Shown in pieces: positions 58,281 through 64,000 of a DNA stretch of 64,000 nt. Numbering within the stretch: position 1 is the stretch's first letter; every line of letters begins with the position of its first letter. This DNA comes from an uncultured Flavobacteriales bacterium (lineage in GTDB: Bacteria; Bacteroidota; Bacteroidia; CAIKAF01). Where the stretch lies: assembly GCA_903825395.1 (NCBI GenBank), contig CAIKAF010000021.1, forward strand, positions 25,927 through 89,926, read 5' to 3'. The translations under genes and the position numbers were made by a program. The notes under the pieces are model-generated. The model saw only the letters and a program-made list of their open reading frames with translations, did not search any database and had not been told where the DNA came from.

Positions 58281-58988
58281 ATGACTAAAAATCCCTTTTA
58301 TTTGGTGAGCATTCAGGCCCTAATGTTCATGATATTGCCCATGCTGGCTTATGTATGGATGCCTGGGCATCAATCTCCATGGTACACATTTGGCATTTAT
58401 CCCAGGGAAATTCATGGACTTTGGGGGTTGATTTTCGCTCCCTTCATTCATGGCAATACTTCTCATTTATTTAGCAATGTATTGCCCTTGGGCGTATTGA
58501 GTTTTTTAAGTCTTTGGGTGATCCGAAGGCACTTTTATACACTGACCTTGGGGATACTTGTATTGGGAGGATTGCTTACTTGGTTCATTGGTCGGCCTTC
58601 CTGGCATATCGGAGCAAGTGGTTTGATCTATGGGTATGTTGGGTTTTTGATTGCTTCGGGCATCGTAGCGGAAAATGTTCGGTTGTTGGGGCTAACCCTA
58701 CTTACTGTTTTCCTGTATGGCTCCTTGGTTTGGGGATTGTTGCCTCTTCAGCCAGATATTTCCTTTGAAAGCCATATTTCAGGAGGGATAGCGGGTTTAG
58801 CCTTGGCCTTTTTATTTCGGTCTAAACTGCCAAAAAAGAAAACCTATGCTTGGGAGCATGAAGAGGATTTGGAAGAGCAGCCAAATTCATTGGCAGAGGA
58901 GGAATCCCACCCATTGCCACCTTCCGTTCGGGTGCAGTATGAATGGGTATCGCAGCGCAAAAATCAGGACATTAAACCTCAAGAATAA
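58281..58988 (+). CDS. Rhomboid family intramembrane serine protease
   Basis: GASGLIYG (catalytic Ser in GxSG) and downstream His in TM6 (ESHISGGIAG); 6 TM helices. Confidence 0.8.
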   Translation: MTKNPFYLVSIQALMFMILPMLAYVWMPGHQSPWYTFGIYPREIHGLWGLIFAPFIHGNTSHLFSNVLPLGVLSFLSLWVIRRHFYTLTLGILVLGGLLTWFIGRPSWHIGASGLIYGYVGFLIASGIVAENVRLLGLTLLTVFLYGSLVWGLLPLQPDISFESHISGGIAGLALAFLFRSKLPKKKTYAWEHEEDLEEQPNSLAEEESHPLPPSVRVQYEWVSQRKNQDIKPQE

Positions 58989-59022
58989 AAATTAGCCCAA
59001 AGGGAAATATTACCTTTGGTGC

Positions 59023-60408
59023 ATGGCAAATCAATCCCTTCCCCTCAGCCCTCCCAAGGGCATGCGCGATTTTGGTTCAGAAGAAATGCGGAAAAGGCAA
59101 TTTATTTTTGACCGCTTACGCTCCGTATTTTTGACCTTTGGATATGAAGGCATAGAAACACCCAGCATGGAGCGTTTGGATGTACTCACCGGCAAATATG
59201 GGCAAGAAGGCGACCGGTTGATATTCAAAGTGTTGAATAGTGGGGATTTTATGAAGCCAGTAGCAGAAAATCAGGGTTCCGGTTTAGAAAGCAAGCAAAT
59301 TGTCGGACTGATTTCCGAAAAAGCCCTCAGGTATGATTTAACCATTCCCTTTGCCCGATTTGTTTCGGCGAACCGTGGAACCTTGAGTTTTCCATTTAAG
59401 CGGCATCAAATTCAACCCGTTTGGAGGGCTGATCAACCTCAAAAAGGCAGGTATAGAGAATTTTATCAATGCGATGTTGATGTAGTTGGAAGTACATCGT
59501 TGTGGCAAGAGGTAGAATTAATCCGGGTATTTGCAGAGGGCTTTGAATCCTTGGGAATTCAAGGGGCTGAAATACATATAAACCACCGGAGCCTCTTGAT
59601 GGGTTTGGCTGAATTTTTAGGATTTGCAGAGCGTGCCGGGGCCATTATAGGGATTTTAGATAAAAGCGATAAAATCAGTCCCGAACAACTCGTCGAATTG
59701 CTGCGCAAAGAGGGCTTTACTGCGGAACACTTAGAAAAAATCGAGCCGATATTAAATTGGAGCAAAGGTGGGCTTCCTGAGCACCTCAGCGGTTCGATGT
59801 TGGAACAAACCCAGGTGGCCCATGGGCTTCGGGAATTAAGCTGGGTGATGGAAAAGTGTTTGAATTTGGGAGCCTTGCCGGGGGGAGCAAAACTTCTATT
59901 CAATCCAAAATTGGCCCGCGGTCTTGACTATTATACCGGTTGCATTTTTGAGGTTGTCATTCCGGGTAGTGGATTGGGAAGTATTGGCGGCGGAGGTCGG
60001 TACGACAACCTAACAGACATGTTTGGCGTTCCGAATCTTTCGGGTGTTGGAATTTCATTTGGAGCGGAGCGGATTTACGATTTTTTGCAGCAAACCAATT
60101 TATGGCCGGATGAGATCAAATCTGGCCTAGACTATTTCTTCTTGAACTTTGATGATTCAGGGGCAGAGATTGCCATGCAATTCATGGCTAAATTGCGTTC
60201 TGCCGGGGCACGTTGCGATATGTATCCTGAGGCCTCAAAAATTCAAAAGCAAATGAAATATGCCCATCAGCGACAAGCCAACTATGTGGTGTACATTGGT
60301 GAACGGGAAATTGAAAATCAGGAAGTGGGATTAAAAAATATGGAAAGTGGGCAGCAGATTAATCTACCATGGGACCAGTTACTTACACATTACACCAACC
60401 ATCCATGA
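59023..60408 (+). CDS. hisS: Histidine--tRNA ligase
   Basis: Class II aaRS motifs (KGMRDF, FRAEQPQKGRYREFYQCD), anticodon-binding C-terminal domain. Confidence 0.95.
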   Translation: MANQSLPLSPPKGMRDFGSEEMRKRQFIFDRLRSVFLTFGYEGIETPSMERLDVLTGKYGQEGDRLIFKVLNSGDFMKPVAENQGSGLESKQIVGLISEKALRYDLTIPFARFVSANRGTLSFPFKRHQIQPVWRADQPQKGRYREFYQCDVDVVGSTSLWQEVELIRVFAEGFESLGIQGAEIHINHRSLLMGLAEFLGFAERAGAIIGILDKSDKISPEQLVELLRKEGFTAEHLEKIEPILNWSKGGLPEHLSGSMLEQTQVAHGLRELSWVMEKCLNLGALPGGAKLLFNPKLARGLDYYTGCIFEVVIPGSGLGSIGGGGRYDNLTDMFGVPNLSGVGISFGAERIYDFLQQTNLWPDEIKSGLDYFFLNFDDSGAEIAMQFMAKLRSAGARCDMYPEASKIQKQMKYAHQRQANYVVYIGEREIENQEVGLKNMESGQQINLPWDQLLTHYTNHP

Positions 60409-61904
60409 ACCCGTTAGAACTGAATTGCGAGCCCTTATCGCTGCACCACTTGTTCCTGCTGGGAAAAAGCGAAACACGCCTACATTTAGGTGAGGAATTT
60501 AAACGGCGGGTGAAGGCATCGAGGGCAACCCTTGAAAAGGCAATTGGGGAAAAGGGTGGCACCTATTACGGAATAAACACCGGATTTGGCGCCCTTTATA
60601 CCACACGAATTCCAGCTGAAGACAGCTCTAGGCTACAGGAAAATCTGGTTAAATCTCATGCTTGTGGGGTTGGAAAACCGGTATCAGAAAGTGTTGTTAG
60701 AACCATGCTTGGTTTAAAAATCCTTTCATTCGGGTGGGGGCATAGCGGAATTCGTTTGGAAGTCGTTCAGCGGTTACTGGATTTTTATCGTTTGGACATA
60801 CTTCCAGAAATTCCTGAAAGTGGTTCATTGGGGGCGAGTGGAGATCTAGCTCCCCTAGCCCATTTGGCGCTGCCCTTGCTTGGCTTGGGATATTTCCATC
60901 ACAACGGGAATAGATATCCAAGCTCTTTCATTGAAGAAAAATTTGGGTTAAAACCACTTACTCTGGTTGAAAAAGAAGGCTTGGCCTTATTGAATGGGAC
61001 TCAATACATGTTGGCTCAAGGTATTGTTGCTTTAGAAGAAGGTTTTAAAGCTTGGAATTGGGCTCAGATCAATGCAGCCAGCAGCTTGGATGCCTATTCC
61101 GGCAACTTGGATGCATTTCGGCCAGCCATTCATGCAGTTCGCCCACATCCGGGTCAGATTGCCTCGGCTCAGCACATTTTGGATATCCTATCGGATTCCG
61201 AATTGCAAAGCAAAGGAGAAAAATTTCTTCAAGATCCGTATTCGTTTCGCTGTGTACCACAGGTGCATGGAGCTATTTTAGACAGTTTAAACTTTGTTGC
61301 TCGCACCCTAGAAATTGAGGCTCAATCTACCACAGACAATCCCCTGATTTTTAGCGAAAGTGGTGAAATCCTTTCTGGCGGTAATTTTCATGGGGAGCCA
61401 CTGGCTTTAGCCATGGATTATTTTAAAATTGCCATGGCAGAATTGGGCAGCATTTCAGAACGAAGGATTTATAAATTGATTCATGGGGAGCGAAATTTGC
61501 CCGCCTTTTTGAGTCCCAATCCGGGATTAAATTCCGGCTTTATGATTCTGCAATACAGTGCCGCGGCGTTGGTAAGTCAATGCAAGCAAGGGGCAAGTCC
61601 GGCTTCTGTTGATACCATTGACTCTAGCCGTGGTCAAGAGGATCATGTCAGTATGGGAGCCAATGCGGCGCTTCAAGCCCAAGAGCAAATTCAGCGGGTT
61701 TGGACCATTCTTGGCATGGAGTGGTTTGCGGCATGCCAAGCCTTGGATTTTCATTTGCCTGCCATCAGCTCAAGCCAAATTGAGGCCTTGCGGACCAAAT
61801 TTCGATTGGAGGTTCCATTTTTAGAGCAGGACGCCGAAATGTATCCTTACATTCAAGCCTCCGTGAATTACATTCGAAACCATGCCCATGCTGAAGTGGG
61901 TTAA
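60405..61904 (+). CDS. hutH: Histidine ammonia-lyase (aromatic amino acid lyase family, MIO cofactor)
   Basis: MIO-forming tripeptide in GSLGASGDLAPLAHL; about 500 aa. Start ATG overlaps the hisS stop (ATGA). Confidence 0.85.
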   Translation: MNPLELNCEPLSLHHLFLLGKSETRLHLGEEFKRRVKASRATLEKAIGEKGGTYYGINTGFGALYTTRIPAEDSSRLQENLVKSHACGVGKPVSESVVRTMLGLKILSFGWGHSGIRLEVVQRLLDFYRLDILPEIPESGSLGASGDLAPLAHLALPLLGLGYFHHNGNRYPSSFIEEKFGLKPLTLVEKEGLALLNGTQYMLAQGIVALEEGFKAWNWAQINAASSLDAYSGNLDAFRPAIHAVRPHPGQIASAQHILDILSDSELQSKGEKFLQDPYSFRCVPQVHGAILDSLNFVARTLEIEAQSTTDNPLIFSESGEILSGGNFHGEPLALAMDYFKIAMAELGSISERRIYKLIHGERNLPAFLSPNPGLNSGFMILQYSAAALVSQCKQGASPASVDTIDSSRGQEDHVSMGANAALQAQEQIQRVWTILGMEWFAACQALDFHLPAISSSQIEALRTKFRLEVPFLEQDAEMYPYIQASVNYIRNHAHAEVG

Positions 61905-62517
61905 ACTACTATTGGGGTTGGTTTTCGGATGGCAAGGCCTTGGGCTGCATGCCTGCGATTGTGGTGGAGTCTTGGCCGATTGGAAAGCCGAATCTGTTCA
62001 AAACAGCTTTGCAGTAGCCCGAATTCGCATTGATTCCATGGTAACCGGAGAAAAAACACAATGCATGGTTTGGGGTTCTGGGTTGGAATTGTTTTGGGGT
62101 GATTTGCCTTCCGTGATGCCTATTGAATACGACTGCCAAAGTTCATGTGCCATGGCATTTTTACCTGGGGAGGAATGGCTGGTATATTTGGAACAGAACC
62201 CCAATAAAAGCCTTCGGATTCATTTTTGCAGTCGGAGCCGAAAGCGGCCTGGCAAGGGCCAACGGGATGAAGGAGTATTGGCCTCACGTATAGGCTATGA
62301 AGAGGAATTGATTAAAATAAAATCAACATTCCCCGTTCGGAAATTTATGGAGCCAAATGAATGGCAGCGGTTTATACAGGGTGAAGTTCGAACCCTAAAT
62401 GAGCGTAGAGTTATGCCCTATCCAGACCGGAAAGAAGCAGCCCTATTATTGGCTGTTTCAGTTGCCGCCTTCTTTTTTATTGAGTGGTTATTAAAGCGTT
62501 TCGTTTTCAGGAAATGA
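61882..62517 (+). CDS. Hypothetical secreted/membrane-anchored protein
   Basis: N-terminal signal-like segment, 6 Cys, C-terminal hydrophobic helix; no motif. Confidence 0.4.
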   Translation: MPMLKWVKLLLGLVFGWQGLGLHACDCGGVLADWKAESVQNSFAVARIRIDSMVTGEKTQCMVWGSGLELFWGDLPSVMPIEYDCQSSCAMAFLPGEEWLVYLEQNPNKSLRIHFCSRSRKRPGKGQRDEGVLASRIGYEEELIKIKSTFPVRKFMEPNEWQRFIQGEVRTLNERRVMPYPDRKEAALLLAVSVAAFFFIEWLLKRFVFRK

Positions 62518-63183
62518 AAGCGTTTTAAATTGTGCCAAACGGGTAATACCGCCGGTAACAACATCTCCAATTTCTACTCGAAATTCAGTATCAAGGGGAA
62601 GATACAAATCTACGCGTGAACCAAACTTAATGAATCCCATTTCCTCGTTTTGGGGTACTCGGACGCCCTGAACAGCATAGCAACAGATTTTTCGGGCCAG
62701 GACTCCTGCCACTTGGCGTACGAGCAATTTTTGACCGCTGTGGGTTGAGATACCGATTGAAGAGCGTTCATTTTCGGTGCTGCTTTTGGGGTGCCATGCA
62801 ACCAAGTACTTTCCCGGGTGGTATTGATAATAATCGACCTCTCCGTCTATCGGATACCAATTGATATGTACATTCAAAGGACTCATAAAAACAGACAACT
62901 GCCAACATTCCTCCTTCATGTATTCGGGTTCAAACACCTTTTCAAGCACCACCACCTTACCATCGCAAGGGCTCAATACAAATTCAGGTTGTTTTTTCAT
63001 TTTCCGATCGGGAATACGAAAGAACTGAATGAGCATAAGCATCCAGGCTAATCCCAGAACAGTTGCCAGGAGGGATAATATGTGGGTTGGACCGAACTGG
63101 TACATCAGTCCGGAAATCAAACTTACCACCAACAGCAAGGAAACACCGATCCAGAGATTTCCTTCTTTGTGAATGCCGTTCAT
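62491..63183 (-). CDS. psd: Phosphatidylserine decarboxylase proenzyme
   Basis: N-terminal TM; C-terminal FGSR self-cleavage-site-like motif (IKFGSRVD); 230 aa. Confidence 0.85.
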   Translation of the reverse strand: MNGIHKEGNLWIGVSLLLVVSLISGLMYQFGPTHILSLLATVLGLAWMLMLIQFFRIPDRKMKKQPEFVLSPCDGKVVVLEKVFEPEYMKEECWQLSVFMSPLNVHINWYPIDGEVDYYQYHPGKYLVAWHPKSSTENERSSIGISTHSGQKLLVRQVAGVLARKICCYAVQGVRVPQNEEMGFIKFGSRVDLYLPLDTEFRVEIGDVVTGGITRLAQFKTLSFPENETL

Positions 63184-63986
63184 ACGAGTAGGTTAAGTAT
63201 ATAAATGTAGGTTAATGGAACCGCAAAGATAAAGGAATCAAAGCGATCTAAGGCCCCCCCGTGGCCCGGCATGATTTTTCCACTGTCTTTGACGCCTGCC
63301 TTGCGTTTCAAATGGCTTTCAAAAAAATCTCCGGCAACGGCCAAAGGAACATAAATAATAGCGAAACCCATCCAGGGAATTGGATTGGTATCCAGCCAAA
63401 ATTTTGCGAGAAGATAAACAAGCAAGGTAGAGCCAATTAAGCCGGCCACAAAACCTTCTACTGATTTGGAGGGAGAAATGCTGGGGGCGATTTTCGTTTT
63501 ACCCCAAAAGCTACCGGCCAGATAAGCCAGTGTATCGTTTATCCAAGTAAGGAAAAACAGAATCAGCATTATTTTAACAGGAAAGGGGTCATGCCAGCCC
63601 AGGCGGGCCATTATCCAGAATGGCAATTGAACCAAAATACCCAAACCCAGCCAGAGGGCTGAGGCTTTGGTTTTTTCAAATCGCCACAAAAGAAGCAGCG
63701 CGATAAAAACAGCCAAAAGGCTTCCTGCTTCTATTAGGGGAAGACCGTTGCCGAATAACATAAGGATAGGTAGGATTCCAAAAATCGGGCTAACCCAGAC
63801 ATTTGGAGAGGAGTTCATTCCTTTTTTCACCAATCCAAACGCTTCTTGGGCCACTAAAATGGAAAACACCGCCATTCCAATTTGGAAAAAGGGAGCTTTC
63901 AGAAAAATCAGGGCTAAAACCAAGGCCACATAAACAAGGCCCGAAGCCGAGCGAACGAGGACCTCCTTTCTGGACTTGGCAGACAT
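63180..63986 (-). CDS. cdsA: Phosphatidate cytidylyltransferase
   Basis: Polytopic membrane protein with C-terminal CTP-transferase signature (GHGGALDRFDSFIFAVP). Confidence 0.85.
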   Translation of the reverse strand: MSAKSRKEVLVRSASGLVYVALVLALIFLKAPFFQIGMAVFSILVAQEAFGLVKKGMNSSPNVWVSPIFGILPILMLFGNGLPLIEAGSLLAVFIALLLLWRFEKTKASALWLGLGILVQLPFWIMARLGWHDPFPVKIMLILFFLTWINDTLAYLAGSFWGKTKIAPSISPSKSVEGFVAGLIGSTLLVYLLAKFWLDTNPIPWMGFAIIYVPLAVAGDFFESHLKRKAGVKDSGKIMPGHGGALDRFDSFIFAVPLTYIYILNLLV

Positions 63987-64000
63987 TGGCCTTTACTCAG

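Noticed and set aside
1-64000. rRNA, tmRNA, RNase P or CRISPR features
   Set aside because: No matches to the conserved cores of these RNAs (for example the tRNA-like tmRNA 3' end or the RNase P P4 region) were seen on either strand.

Overview
Chromosomal housekeeping-type window from an AT-rich (about 40-45% GC) Bacteroidota genome (Flavobacteriia/Cytophagia-like; Bacteroidota synteny bamD-rpoZ-coaBC-DUF4835-recN, a secreted protein with a T9SS-like C-terminal domain, TonB-dependent receptors, Bacteroidota DUF families). Recognisable genes: uvrA, uvrB, recN, gyrA, clpC, yidC, lpdA, asnB-like, fabI, coaBC, trxA, hisS, hutH, psd, cdsA; a polysaccharide assembly/export module (WecA-like GT4, rfbC, Wzc-like tyrosine kinase, Wza-like exporter, GT, amidotransferase); two TonB-dependent receptors; an S8 peptidase; tRNA-Asp(GTC) and tRNA-Cys(GCA). 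No CRISPR, rRNA, integrase, transposase or restriction-modification genes were recognised. The most striking unexplained signal is a family of seven GC-rich intergenic repeat elements of about 150 bp. Their ends and a central box are conserved, and the internal stems differ between copies by compensatory changes. They sit in either orientation, mostly at gene 3' ends, and two copies abut tRNA genes. They look like a structured extragenic repeat, MITE or small-RNA family. Other notable points: a (Gly-Tyr)n coding microsatellite forming the C-terminal tyrosine cluster of the Wzc kinase; a Gly/Met-rich low-complexity insert in Wza; a GC-rich islet at 50.1-54.5 kb with an atypical TonB-dependent receptor and an extremely glycine-rich secreted protein, bracketed by repeat copies and tRNA-Cys; a small TIR-bounded insertion inside the terminator downstream of an alpha-oxoamine synthase gene; and a 1-kb non-coding stretch with a G-quadruplex-prone tract. 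All calls come from reading the sequence and ORF translations; no database searches were run.
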